From: Patescibacteria group bacterium
GTDB lineage: Bacteria > Patescibacteriota > Patescibacteriia > Patescibacteriales > BM507
Assembly: GCA_027858235.1 (NCBI GenBank)
Contig: JAQIDC010000036.1
Span: 10,664-74,663, forward strand
Reading direction: 5' to 3'
Length of the DNA stretch: 64,000 nt
In this document: positions 33,969 to 43,559 of the stretch, piece after piece
How positions within the stretch are numbered: the first letter of the stretch is position 1
Layout of the letters: each line of letters begins with the position of its first letter
Position numbers and translations under genes: made by a program
The notes under the pieces: generated by a model
Told to the model about the DNA's origin: nothing
What the model saw: the letters and a program-made list of their open reading frames with translations, nothing else
Databases searched by the model: none

Positions 33969-35129
33969 TTAGTTAATTATCCTACTAAAAAGTCCTTTTA
34001 TAGCTCCGCTATATCTAGAGACATCATTAAAGGTTACAATTAATATTAAAATCATCAAAAGTATAAAACCAGTATTATGAATCAAGGCTTCTGTCTCTCT
34101 TTTAATTGGGCTCCCTTTTATTTTCTCAACTAATAGGAATAATAATCTTCCTCCATCGAGTGCCGGAATTGGCAGGATATTAATAATTGCCAAATTAATA
34201 GAAAGAAGAGCTGTAAATTGTAGTAAATGAGCTATCCCCAATCGAGCTGCTTGTCCTGTAATAGCCGCTATTCCAACTGGACCAGCTACTTCTACTCCAA
34301 CTCCAGAACCCATGATAAGATCTTTTATGAGATTGAAGAAAGCGAGCAATATCAACCATGTTATTAGTCCTGTTGTTTTCAGTCCTTCCCAAATTGATCT
34401 AAAGAATGAATATTTAACCGTTCCAAGTTCAACAATAGATATACCTACTCCACCCCGTTCTGTTTCTTCACGTATCTCCGGCGTCATACTGAATTCTATC
34501 TCCTCATATCCCCGCCTCACTTCATAATTTATTTCATTGGCTACATTTTCATCTACATAAGCCTGCAGAGCTGCGAAGTTTTCGAACTCAATGCCATCAA
34601 TGCCCGTAATCACATCGCCTGACTTCATTCCAGCAACTTCCGCCACTGAATTTTCAAGAAGTTCAATAACTTGAATTTGCGGATCTACTACTGTTCCACC
34701 GGAAATTTCGGCATCAATTGCCTGGGGGAATCCAATCATGTACCCAGCTGATATCAACACAAAGGCAAGAACAATATTCATAGTAACTCCCGCTGACAAA
34801 ATAATAGCTTTCTGCCACATTTTTCTACTTACAAAACTATCTGAATCACTATTCTCTCCGTCTTCTCCTTTTATTTTTACAAAACCGCCTAGAGGAAGCC
34901 AGTTTAGGGAATAAATTGTATCCGCTGCATCTGTTACCTCCTTGGTTCCATAAACCTTTTTCCATTTCCCTTCAGTGCTTTTATATATTCCAATTGCCCT
35001 CGGAGGAAAACCAAGTCCAAATTCCTCTGATTTTGCTCCAAACTTCCTTGCTGTCAAGAAATGCCCCAATTCATGAACAAGAACCAAAAGAGATAAGACT
35101 GCTAAAAATACTATTATCGTAAAAAACAT
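33969..35129 (-). CDS. rseP: RIP site-2 metalloprotease RseP (M50)
   Basis: 386 aa with HELGHF, one PDZ domain, and NILPIPALDGG. Confidence 0.9.
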   Translation of the reverse strand: MFFTIIVFLAVLSLLVLVHELGHFLTARKFGAKSEEFGLGFPPRAIGIYKSTEGKWKKVYGTKEVTDAADTIYSLNWLPLGGFVKIKGEDGENSDSDSFVSRKMWQKAIILSAGVTMNIVLAFVLISAGYMIGFPQAIDAEISGGTVVDPQIQVIELLENSVAEVAGMKSGDVITGIDGIEFENFAALQAYVDENVANEINYEVRRGYEEIEFSMTPEIREETERGGVGISIVELGTVKYSFFRSIWEGLKTTGLITWLILLAFFNLIKDLIMGSGVGVEVAGPVGIAAITGQAARLGIAHLLQFTALLSINLAIINILPIPALDGGRLLFLLVEKIKGSPIKRETEALIHNTGFILLMILILIVTFNDVSRYSGAIKGLFSRIIN

Positions 35130-35183
35130 ATTTTATTATTTATTATTATTTTATCTATTTTTCATTAAAACAAAATTAGTTTC

Positions 35184-35738
35184 CTAAATTGTCATTATAT
35201 CTGCTTCTTTAGAATCTCTAATATTCTTTATTTCATCATTGAACTCACGAATCCTCTCATCCAGCTCTTTGATTGATGAGAACTTGTCATCTTCGCTTAT
35301 CTCTTTTTCTTTTTCATCCTTTTCAATTCCATCTTTAATATCATCTCTCAATTGTCTAACAGAAATACGAGATTTTTCCATTTTTTCATTCAATTTCTTT
35401 ACCAATTCTTTCCTATTCTCTTCTGTCATTTGAGGAACCGTCAGACGAATTTTCTCTCCGTCATTCATAACACCCAATCCCAAATCAGCATCCACGATTG
35501 CCTTTTCAACGTCTTTAATTACACTTTTATCCCAAGGAGCCACAAGTAAACTCTGTGAGTCTGCCACATTAATATTGGCAACACCGTTAAGAGGTGTCTT
35601 AACTCCATAAGCCTCAACCATAACACCCTCCAGAACCGCTGGGTTAGCTCGACCTGTTCTAATGCTTGAAATATCTTTCTTAAAATATTCCATTATATTT
35701 TCAAAGTCTCCTTGTTTTTCTTCAATGTAGGTATTCAT
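35184..35738 (-). CDS. frr: Ribosome recycling factor
   Basis: 184 aa with typical RRF sequence (ISSIRTGRANPAVLEGVMVEAYG ... RISVRQLRDD). Confidence 0.93.
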   Translation of the reverse strand: MNTYIEEKQGDFENIMEYFKKDISSIRTGRANPAVLEGVMVEAYGVKTPLNGVANINVADSQSLLVAPWDKSVIKDVEKAIVDADLGLGVMNDGEKIRLTVPQMTEENRKELVKKLNEKMEKSRISVRQLRDDIKDGIEKDEKEKEISEDDKFSSIKELDERIREFNDEIKNIRDSKEADIMTI

Positions 35739-35754
35739 ATATTTTAATAAATAA

Positions 35755-36885
35755 TTATTTTTTCAATGATTTAATGGCCATATAAATAATGCTTGGATTT
35801 TCTGGGTCAATCAAAAGTTTCCATCCTGCTCTGATTGTTGGTAACTTCTGCGGTGTCCAATTTATCCCTCCGTCTGATGATTTATAAAAAGTAGTATTAG
35901 TTACATAATAAATTTCATTTGTATCTTCTTCATTAACAGCAACGGAGTTAATTTGAGATTTTATATCAGGAGTTATTAGTTCAATTTTTTCGAAAGAATC
36001 ACCGTTATTAGATGATTTAACAATACCATTAATACCCGCCAAATAGATAACAGTTGGCTCAGTGTTTAATATTATCATATCTCTAATATTATTCCCAATA
36101 CTTGATTCAGCCTCTTTTAGGGCTGTGCCTAGGTTGTCCCAATTAATACCTGAATCAAAGCTTCTAAATACTCCCTGCCTAGCTGTAACAACATACATTT
36201 TCCTACTATCTTTTGGGTCAATTAATATTTTGGCGATACTATCCTTAAATCTATAAATTGTTTTCCAGCTTTCACCAAAATCAGAGCTTTGGACCAAATC
36301 ACCTCTACTAAGTCCCATGAAAACTTTTGAATTATCAAAATGATTTACAACCAGAGAATTGACCTTAACGGCAGCATCATTATCAATATAAGTTTGCTTC
36401 CAGTGCCTTGAGCAATCATCGGTCTTGAAAACTTTATTAGAAATTGCTGTATACACCCTGCATCTTGAACCTGGATCAATTTCTAAATCATTTATTGGAG
36501 TTGCTCCGAGTGCCTTGGCCACCTGCCAACTATTACCTCCATCATAAGTATAAGCCAATCCATTCGCAACACTCCCGTAATACAAGGCCATATTATCTCC
36601 TGGATCCATTTTGAAAGAATTAACACTTGTTCCCCCAAAGTTTTTTTGAGAAGCTCCTACATCAGACAACAATACTCTTTGTTTCCAAGTGGCCCCCTTG
36701 TCGATTGATTTAAAAACGCCTCCGATATCTGCTTCAGCTTTTTTTGAATCTCCAGAATCAAAATTTACAGAGCAGGCGCTTAAAGTGAAAGCTAGAAATA
36801 ATAATGTTGATAAAAATTTTATTTTTCTTACCCTAGGGGTGCCCCGTGGGGAATGCCCTTGTGGTTCATTTGTTTTATTGTACAT
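35755..36885 (-). CDS. BNR/Asp-box repeat lipoprotein (Ycf48/sialidase-like beta-propeller)
   Basis: 376 aa with lipobox LTLSAC and repeated SxDxGxxW-type boxes (DKGATWKQ, DGGNSWQ, DFGESWK, DSGINWD, DGGINWT). Confidence 0.7.
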   Translation of the reverse strand: MYNKTNEPQGHSPRGTPRVRKIKFLSTLLFLAFTLSACSVNFDSGDSKKAEADIGGVFKSIDKGATWKQRVLLSDVGASQKNFGGTSVNSFKMDPGDNMALYYGSVANGLAYTYDGGNSWQVAKALGATPINDLEIDPGSRCRVYTAISNKVFKTDDCSRHWKQTYIDNDAAVKVNSLVVNHFDNSKVFMGLSRGDLVQSSDFGESWKTIYRFKDSIAKILIDPKDSRKMYVVTARQGVFRSFDSGINWDNLGTALKEAESSIGNNIRDMIILNTEPTVIYLAGINGIVKSSNNGDSFEKIELITPDIKSQINSVAVNEEDTNEIYYVTNTTFYKSSDGGINWTPQKLPTIRAGWKLLIDPENPSIIYMAIKSLKK

Positions 36886-36889
36886 AAAT

Positions 36890-37951
36890 TTACAAAGATA
36901 AAGTTATATTTTCTAAAATTAATTTTGAACTCAAATTTGCTCCAATATAGTCCTCAGATTTTTCAATTTCATCTAAAATATTTGTTATTTTGTTTATACT
37001 ATTTTTTACTTGCATTTTTTTAAGTCGCGTATCGACTATTTCATTTTGAACTAAATTGTTTAGGCCGTAGTTTATTAGATACAAGTCTCGATATACGCCT
37101 TGCAAGGTTTCAAGTAATCTCTTGAGAACAGCTGACGCCTCTAAACCACTTAGTTTTTTATCAATCATGCTAGCAACTAATGAAAATTTTTCATTTATAT
37201 CACCGCTCTCAATTAGATCTAAAAGCAAATCAAGCCTATGAGTATAGTTACTATAAAATTCTTTATCTTCAATAAATTTAAGAGCGAGCGCTGGTCTTCC
37301 AAGAGAAATACGAGAATAATTCTTAGCAGCGCTTCTCGTTAACTTATAATTATCAAGTAAATATTTATTTATTTTATTTATTTCGACAGGTCCAAAATCG
37401 AGAACCTGACAACGAGAAATAATGGTCGTTAACATTTTATCAATGTTTGATGAAACAAGAATTATTACAACCTTTTTCCTAGGCTCTTCTAAAATTTTGA
37501 GCAGTGCGTTAGAAGCTGATTCGCTTAAAGTGTCGGCATGTTTTATAATACCCACCTTATAAGAATCAGAAAAAGAGCTCATTCCGAAAGAGCGAATCAA
37601 ATCTCTGACTTGCTCAACTGATATGTTTTTTTTATCTTTTTCTTTTTTAACAATATAGAAGTCTCCATGGGCAAACTCTTTTTCAGGATTATCATTAGTT
37701 GTCTGAGAATTAAACTTCTTGCAAGATGAACATGTTCCACAAGGCTTTTCACTGTAGCTAGTGTCTTTTTCTTCACAAAGAATAATTTTTGCAAAATGCT
37801 CAGCTAATTTGGTCTTTCCCATATTATCTGGGCCTGAAAAAATATATGAACTTGTTAACTTATTATTAGCTAAACCACGAGAGAGAAAATCAATATTTTT
37901 TTTATTTCCTATAAGTGGCCACTTATACTTACTTTTTGCATCATTTTTCAT
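36890..37951 (-). CDS. holB: DNA polymerase III delta-prime subunit
   Basis: 353 aa, AAA+ clamp-loader fold: GPDNMGKTKLAEHFAKIILCE, Zn module CGTCSSCKKF, SRCQVL. Confidence 0.8.
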   Translation of the reverse strand: MKNDAKSKYKWPLIGNKKNIDFLSRGLANNKLTSSYIFSGPDNMGKTKLAEHFAKIILCEEKDTSYSEKPCGTCSSCKKFNSQTTNDNPEKEFAHGDFYIVKKEKDKKNISVEQVRDLIRSFGMSSFSDSYKVGIIKHADTLSESASNALLKILEEPRKKVVIILVSSNIDKMLTTIISRCQVLDFGPVEINKINKYLLDNYKLTRSAAKNYSRISLGRPALALKFIEDKEFYSNYTHRLDLLLDLIESGDINEKFSLVASMIDKKLSGLEASAVLKRLLETLQGVYRDLYLINYGLNNLVQNEIVDTRLKKMQVKNSINKITNILDEIEKSEDYIGANLSSKLILENITLSL

Positions 37952-38039
37952 ATTTTAATTATAACAATTCATAATTTTTTAATCAATAGACAAAATATCT
38001 ATTTTTACTTAATATTGGGAAAAATTTTTTGCGTAAAAA

Positions 38040-38067
38040 TTGATTTTTTGCTTATTCTTGCTATAAT
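38040..38067 (+). promoter_or_regulatory. Putative promoter with extended -10 (TGCTATAAT)
   Basis: TTGATT-16 nt-TATAAT preceded by TGC. The -10 ends 6 nt before ATG 38074, suggesting a leaderless transcript. Confidence 0.45.
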
Positions 38068-38073
38068 ATCTCT

Positions 38074-39438
38074 ATGAATAATAAAATTAAAAAGATTTTT
38101 CTCTTGCTGGGCGATATCTCAATGCTATACATTTCTCTCTATTTAACCCTCTTGTTGAGATATAGAGATAATTTTAGTGTTGAAATTTGGCAAAACCACT
38201 ATCCTCCCTTTACTTATATTTTCATTGCTTGGCTTTTCTTGTTTTACTTTTTAAATCTTTATAATCTCTATTTTACTCAAAATAGCAAAATATTCTATCG
38301 TTCTATTATAAAAAGTATCGGAATCGCTGGTGTTATTGCTGCTCTTTTTTTCTATTTAAACCCATCCATTGGAATTGCTCCAAAAATAAACCTACTGCTA
38401 TACATCCTAGTATTTTCGTTTGTTTTTTCTCTTTGGCGATTTTTTTATAATTCCATTTTATTTTCTTATCTTCCAAAAAATCGCATTGCCTTTATAGGAG
38501 TAAATGATCAAATATCTGAAATAATTTATTTTTTAAAAGCAAATCCAAATGCTGGCTACAAACCACTTCTTATTATTGACGCCAAAAGCGAGCTTACTGA
38601 GAGCTACCACGGGATTAAAACCATTAGAGATATTAGCAATCTAAAAGATGATATTAAAAGGAACCATATAAATACCATTGTCTTATCAACCAACCCGGAT
38701 AACTCCAGCGTTCTAAGACAGCAATTATTTTCCTCCCTCTCTCTTAAACTTGATTTCATAAATTCTATTAACTTCTATGAACTCATCATTGGTAAGGTTC
38801 CGATAGACGCCATTAATCAAATGTGGTTTTTAGAAAATCTCAACGAAGGTGGGAAGGCCTTGTTTGATAGAACTAAAAGTATATTTGATTTTTTGTTTGC
38901 GCTTAGCATCTTACTACTCACACTTCCCTTTTGGATTTTAATAATAATTATTATTAAAATAGAAAGTCATGGCCCAGTATTTTTTAAACAGATTAGAATT
39001 AGTAAAGACGGGAAAGAATTCAGCATAATAAAGTTTAGAACAATGAAGATAGAAAACAATAATTTCGCCCCAACCACCAAGAATGATTCAAGAATAACTT
39101 CTTTCGGTTCATTCCTAAGAAAAAGTAGAATCGACGAGATTCCGCAAGCTCTAAATATTTTAAAAGGTGAGATGAGCTTTGTTGGACCAAGACCGGAGCG
39201 ACCAGAAATTATCAAAGACCTCGAAAAGGTTGTTCCATTCTATAAAGAAAGGATGCTCGTAAAGCCGGGCTTAACAGGCTGGGATCAAGTTTCTGGTGAA
39301 TATCATTCACCAAGTGTAGACGACACCTTAAAAAAACTTCAATATGATCTCTATTATGTAAAAAATAGGTCAATATACCTAGACACTTCAATTCTCCTAA
39401 AAACAATTTCAGTTGTTATGAATAGAGCCGGGATGTAG
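38074..39438 (+). CDS. Polyprenyl-phosphate hexose-1-phosphate transferase (WbaP/bacterial sugar transferase family)
   Basis: 454 aa with an N-terminal polytopic region and a C-terminal sugar-transferase domain (FVGPRPERPE, KPGLTGWDQVSG). Confidence 0.85.
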   Translation: MNNKIKKIFLLLGDISMLYISLYLTLLLRYRDNFSVEIWQNHYPPFTYIFIAWLFLFYFLNLYNLYFTQNSKIFYRSIIKSIGIAGVIAALFFYLNPSIGIAPKINLLLYILVFSFVFSLWRFFYNSILFSYLPKNRIAFIGVNDQISEIIYFLKANPNAGYKPLLIIDAKSELTESYHGIKTIRDISNLKDDIKRNHINTIVLSTNPDNSSVLRQQLFSSLSLKLDFINSINFYELIIGKVPIDAINQMWFLENLNEGGKALFDRTKSIFDFLFALSILLLTLPFWILIIIIIKIESHGPVFFKQIRISKDGKEFSIIKFRTMKIENNNFAPTTKNDSRITSFGSFLRKSRIDEIPQALNILKGEMSFVGPRPERPEIIKDLEKVVPFYKERMLVKPGLTGWDQVSGEYHSPSVDDTLKKLQYDLYYVKNRSIYLDTSILLKTISVVMNRAGM

Positions 39439-39439
39439 G

Positions 39440-39469
39440 TCTATGTACGTTGATATGTACGTACATAGA
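39440..39469 (+). other. 11-bp perfect hairpin immediately after the stop codon
   Basis: TCTATGTACGT-8 nt-ACGTACATAGA. It shares the GTACGT theme with the 16345-16381 tract. Confidence 0.7.
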
Positions 39470-39474
39470 AAATG

Positions 39475-39501
39475 AAAAACCAGCCGGTTGGCTGGTTTTT
39501 T
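39475..39501. terminator. Bidirectional rho-independent terminator
   Basis: Stem AAAACCAGCC/GGCTGGTTTT with loop GGTT, A5 upstream and T6 downstream, between convergent genes. Confidence 0.8.
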
Positions 39502-39512
39502 GTTCGAACAAA

Positions 39513-39716
39513 TTATCTTTTCTTTCTAAAGAGACTATTGCTAAACCTAATTGGAAGAGCTCTCATGCTCCTTTTGGTCTTAACAGACCGAATTCTTTTT
39601 ACTGATCTGTGGCAAGAATGTTGGTTTTCAGCAACCTCACCTCCACAAGCTAGGCAGGTAAAAACGAAGCGTTGGTAAAAAGGGTTCATGTGTTTTCTTC
39701 TGGAAATAGGGTTCAT
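39513..39716 (-). CDS. Small basic protein with a CxxC motif (possibly a very divergent L32-like ribbon; uncertain)
   Basis: 67 aa. A perfect SD (AAGGAGG, 5-nt spacer) precedes it. CLACGGE...HSC loosely recalls L32 CxxCGE...HxxC, but the N-terminus and second Cys pair do not fit. Confidence 0.5.
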   Translation of the reverse strand: MNPISRRKHMNPFYQRFVFTCLACGGEVAENQHSCHRSVKRIRSVKTKRSMRALPIRFSNSLFRKKR

Positions 39717-39781
39717 TTAATCCTCCTTAAAGAATTGTTTAAAACTCTTTTATGTGCGATACTTCTTCTTTTGGAAAGAAC

Positions 39782-39982
39782 TCATAAACCCTCCTCATTG
39801 GCCTCTCTGCCTAGCGCAAGTAAACTGTCTGTCATTCTTCTATGACATTCGGAACAACGAAATTCTAAAGGCTTACTTGGCTCATTCATCAAATCTGGCC
39901 TATCGGCATAACTGGGCGCATCTTTTCTTTTTTTTACAATAACACCAATTTTACCACAATTACATTCATTATTATTGCACAT
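39782..39982 (-). CDS. Small Cys-rich hypothetical protein
   Basis: 66 aa with CNNNECNC at the N-terminus and CSECH at residues 43-47. A GAGGAG SD overlaps the end of the upstream gene. Confidence 0.5.
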   Translation of the reverse strand: MCNNNECNCGKIGVIVKKRKDAPSYADRPDLMNEPSKPLEFRCSECHRRMTDSLLALGREANEEGL

Positions 39983-39984
39983 TT

Positions 39985-40395
39985 TTAGCTCCTCTCTGAA
40001 AGAAATTTTTGATACTCATTATAGTCCTCAATATAATCAGACCTATTTGGATTGTAATTAGTTGATGAAAGAGCTAGCAAAATCGCATCGTCTGAAAAAT
40101 TTTTAAATCCATGCCAAACATATTCTCCAACATAAAGGGCGTCAGATGGACCTTGTATTTTTATTTCTTCAATACCATTACCATAATCAATTGTAGCTGT
40201 GCAAGTACCCTTAAGCAAGACAAATAGTTCCTTTTCAATCTTATGACAATGTTGACCTGTATTTCCTTTGATTTCTGTAATAAAATAAACTCGCTTAACA
40301 TCAAAGTCTATATAGTCTTTGAGTTCTAAAGGACTCATTATAAAGTCTGGTGCTTGAATTTTATTTACTTTTAGTTTCTCAAATTTTAAGTCCAT
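39985..40395 (-). CDS. Cupin-fold sugar nucleotide 3,4-ketoisomerase (FdtA/WxcM-like)
   Basis: 136 aa. FDVKRVYFITEIKGNTGQHCHKIEKELFVLLKGTCT...YVWHGFKNFSDDAILLALSS resembles the FdtA family. It follows rmlB. Confidence 0.65.
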   Translation of the reverse strand: MDLKFEKLKVNKIQAPDFIMSPLELKDYIDFDVKRVYFITEIKGNTGQHCHKIEKELFVLLKGTCTATIDYGNGIEEIKIQGPSDALYVGEYVWHGFKNFSDDAILLALSSTNYNPNRSDYIEDYNEYQKFLSERS

Positions 40396-40406
40396 TTGTT
40401 TAAAAA

Positions 40407-41603
40407 TTATTTTTTGATTCTAAAAAAATCTTCTTGCCAATCGTTCATTTCTTCTTTTTTCTTTCTAAGTGCTTCCACCCATTCTGTATTAGCAAGATAC
40501 CAATCAACTGTTTCCTTAAGGCCAGCTTCGAATTTATCAAAAGTATATTCTGGTCTCCAGCCAAGAGCAAATATTTTACTAGCATCAATCGCATATCTTC
40601 TGTCATGACCTGGTCTATCTGCTACATATTCTATACTATCTTCATCTTTTCCAAGAACCTTTAACATCATCCTTGTGACGTCCATATTGTTTCTTTCGTT
40701 ATCGGAGCCGATATTATAAACCTCTCCTGGCTCACCTTTGTGCAAAAGTAAATCTAGGGCAGTGGCATGATCACGAACATGAATCCAGTCTCGAACATTT
40801 AGGCCATCGCCATAAACAGGAACTTTTTCGCCGGCAATAAGCTTAAATATAAAAAATGGTATTAGTTTTTCTGGAAACTGATAAGGACCATAATTATTCG
40901 AACAATGAGTTACTACTACAGGAGTGCCGTGAGTTTTGAAATAAGCATTACACATTAAGTCACCACCAGCCTTTGCAGCCGCATAAGGCATATTTGGCAT
41001 GATTGGAGTGTCTTCAGTAAACATGTCTTCGGAATCAAGCTCAAGCGCTCCATATACTTCATCGGTGGATACATTTACAAATTTTTCAATTTTATTTATT
41101 TTAACTGCGTCCAATATCATCTGAACACCAAGAGAATTTGTCATCACAAAATCTTTGCTTCCTCCATGAATAGACCTGTCGACGTGAGTTTCAGCTGCAA
41201 AATTAATAACATGAGTTATATTATGGTCGACAATAGTTTTATTTAAAAAATCCAGGTCAACAATATCGCCCTGAACAAATGTATAATTTGGGTTATTCTC
41301 AATATCTCGAAGGTTTTCTAAGTTGCCGGCATAAGTTAACTTATCGTAGTTAACTATTCTATAGTTTGGATGAGCCTCTAGCATATGGCGAACAAAATTC
41401 GAACCAATAAAGCCGGCTCCACCACAAACCAAGATATTTTTAATTCCACCTTTTATTTCTAGTGATTCTTCAAATAGAAGAGAAAAGTTCTTATCATCTA
41501 AGCCAAGAAGTTTTTGAGCTTCTGCTTTTGTTAAAGATTTTCTGTCCATTAACCCCCTTATAATATTTATTTTGCTGTTCAATTCTTGCATGGCAAACAT
41601 CAT
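40407..41603 (-). CDS. rfbB: dTDP-glucose 4,6-dehydratase with an N-terminal extension of ~50 aa
   Basis: 398 aa with GGAGFIGSNF, YDKLTYAGNLENL and catalytic YAAAK. Confidence 0.9.
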   Translation of the reverse strand: MMFAMQELNSKINIIRGLMDRKSLTKAEAQKLLGLDDKNFSLLFEESLEIKGGIKNILVCGGAGFIGSNFVRHMLEAHPNYRIVNYDKLTYAGNLENLRDIENNPNYTFVQGDIVDLDFLNKTIVDHNITHVINFAAETHVDRSIHGGSKDFVMTNSLGVQMILDAVKINKIEKFVNVSTDEVYGALELDSEDMFTEDTPIMPNMPYAAAKAGGDLMCNAYFKTHGTPVVVTHCSNNYGPYQFPEKLIPFFIFKLIAGEKVPVYGDGLNVRDWIHVRDHATALDLLLHKGEPGEVYNIGSDNERNNMDVTRMMLKVLGKDEDSIEYVADRPGHDRRYAIDASKIFALGWRPEYTFDKFEAGLKETVDWYLANTEWVEALRKKKEEMNDWQEDFFRIKK

Positions 41604-41697
41604 GTTTTTGTTAATTGTTAGTAAAAAAATATTAAACTAAACATGCCCTTCTGTCAATCTAGACAAAAATACAATAAAATAGTTTAATATTCTATTT

Positions 41698-42105
41698 TTA
41701 TAAAAACTTTTTAATTTTTTCTAGTACTTCTTGAGCCTCCCCCTCTTTATACTCTTTTGAAGGCCACAAACCAAGACCATCACCTTTGACTCTTGGGATA
41801 AGATGAAAATGAATATGTGGAACATCTTGACCCGCGACTGGGTCATTATTTTCAACTAAATTATATCCTTCGCAAGCCATGCCTTTTTTCAGAGCCAATC
41901 CCATTTGTTTAACTACTTTTATCACATCAGACAATAAATCTTCTGGGATTTCTTCAAGATTTGAAAAATGTTTTTTTGGAATAACCAAAATATGGCCGGA
42001 ATGAATAGGCGCAATATCTAAAAAAGCTAAAACATTCTCATCTTCATATACTTTGTTGCTTGGTAAAGATCCCTCTACAATTTTACAAAAAATACAATTA
42101 CTCAT
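41698..42105 (-). CDS. HIT-family nucleotide hydrolase/transferase
   Basis: 135 aa with CIFCKI and the histidine triad HIHFHLIPR. Confidence 0.9.
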   Translation of the reverse strand: MSNCIFCKIVEGSLPSNKVYEDENVLAFLDIAPIHSGHILVIPKKHFSNLEEIPEDLLSDVIKVVKQMGLALKKGMACEGYNLVENNDPVAGQDVPHIHFHLIPRVKGDGLGLWPSKEYKEGEAQEVLEKIKKFL

Positions 42106-42109
42106 AATC

Positions 42110-42520
42110 CTAACTTATTTCTCTTGAAATTTTTGTCGCCACAAATTCTGCCTCTCCTTCTTCATAGGCACTTTGTGCCCATCTCTCAAATCCATCCCCT
42201 TCTTTTCTTGGAACAACATGAAAATGAATGTGAGGAACATGTTGATTGGCAGCACTTTTATTATCAAGAAAAACGCTATAACCCTCGACACCAAGGCCTT
42301 CTATCATAGCCTTACCAAGAAGCTTAATTGTTCTAGTCATTTCAGCTAACTGGGTATCGCTAATCGATTCCATGTCTGAGATATGTTCTTTAGGAATAAC
42401 AATAGTATGTCCTGAACTCATTGGAAGAACATCCAGAAAGGCAAGTACAGCATCATTCTCATAAATCTTGTGAGAGTTAATCTCTTTGTTAACGATCTTA
42501 CAAAAAATACAGTCTGTCAT
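42110..42520 (-). CDS. HIT-family nucleotide hydrolase/transferase (tandem paralogue)
   Basis: 136 aa with CIFCKI and HIHFHVVPR. Confidence 0.9.
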   Translation of the reverse strand: MTDCIFCKIVNKEINSHKIYENDAVLAFLDVLPMSSGHTIVIPKEHISDMESISDTQLAEMTRTIKLLGKAMIEGLGVEGYSVFLDNKSAANQHVPHIHFHVVPRKEGDGFERWAQSAYEEGEAEFVATKISREIS

Positions 42521-42530
42521 ATTTTTTATA

Positions 42531-43556
42531 TTAATTACCTAAACCTTTAAACAAAGGTACTCCACTATTAGTTCCTGTTGGGACATAAATTGTTCCTTCT
42601 CTGTCTTTCAATCCATTAATATAAAGATAATAGAGATAATTCGTTGTAAGACTTTCGTTAATAATCTTTTGAGCATCTCTTTGTCCTTCTGCTTCAATTA
42701 TTTTTCTTTCCTTTTCTTTACTTTCCCTTTGAAGGATAAACTCGTATTTCTGGGCTTCTTGTTCTGCTTGAAGCTTCTCTTGGATAGCATTGGCTAAATT
42801 TGGAGGAAGAGCAACATTTCTCAATAACACGTCCTCAATTATTATACCTCTATCACCTAGGTTATTACTTAATGCTTCTTTTATTTTTGTAGCAGCCTCT
42901 TGTCTCTTTTCTGAATAAATATCCTTTGCTTCATACTGAGCGATAACGTCTCTAATGGAAGTTCTAATCGATGGACGTAGTATCTTGTCTTCAAAGTTAA
43001 GTCCAACATCTTTGTAAATGTCTGAAGCTCTCTCTTCTTCAATTCGATAAAGAACAGTCATATCAAGATCGACACTAAGTCCTTCCTTTGTTAATGAAGT
43101 AATAGCGTCTGCCCCAGAAATTTTTCCTTCGTTTTTTGTGACACTCATTGTGTATTCTTCAGTCCTAATTGACATTGGAGTGATTTTTGCAAAAGGGTTA
43201 ATAACATGAAGCCCTGATTTAACTTCATTGTCTTTTACTTTTCCAAATAAAGAATAAACTCCTGTTTCTCCTGCCCCAACTATCCTAATAGCATTGACTA
43301 GAAAGATAACGATTGCGAGTGATATTAAGACGGTGACAAAAATTCTCTTTGTCCCCTTTATTGCCCCAGTTATGGGGTCAACATTAATTGTTTGACTCAT
43401 AGTTTTATTAAAATTATTTTTAAATTTATATTTGAATAAAAAAGCTAGACCAACAAGAACTGTGATTAATAACAAAAATTTATTAGCCAAAATAGATGGC
43501 AAAATAAATATAGCTAAAAAAAGTAAAATTGGGATTAAATTTTTATTTTTTTCCAT
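42531..43556 (-). CDS. SPFH/band-7 (prohibitin-like) membrane protein
   Basis: 341 aa with N-terminal TMs, an SPFH core (VGAGETGVYSLFGKV...VDLDMTVLYRI) and a coiled-coil EA-rich segment. Confidence 0.8.
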   Translation of the reverse strand: MEKNKNLIPILLFLAIFILPSILANKFLLLITVLVGLAFLFKYKFKNNFNKTMSQTINVDPITGAIKGTKRIFVTVLISLAIVIFLVNAIRIVGAGETGVYSLFGKVKDNEVKSGLHVINPFAKITPMSIRTEEYTMSVTKNEGKISGADAITSLTKEGLSVDLDMTVLYRIEEERASDIYKDVGLNFEDKILRPSIRTSIRDVIAQYEAKDIYSEKRQEAATKIKEALSNNLGDRGIIIEDVLLRNVALPPNLANAIQEKLQAEQEAQKYEFILQRESKEKERKIIEAEGQRDAQKIINESLTTNYLYYLYINGLKDREGTIYVPTGTNSGVPLFKGLGN

Positions 43557-43559
43557 ATA

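Noticed and set aside
39472-39678. 68-aa plus-strand ORF after the sugar transferase.
   Set aside because: It begins inside the bidirectional terminator hairpin. It is antisense to the 67-aa gene, which has a perfect AAGGAGG SD.
41698-42520. Tandem HIT genes as a possible toxin-antitoxin or defence pair.
   Set aside because: Both are full-length canonical histidine-triad enzymes of equal size with intact HxHxHxx motifs. A simple paralogue duplication is the more parsimonious explanation.
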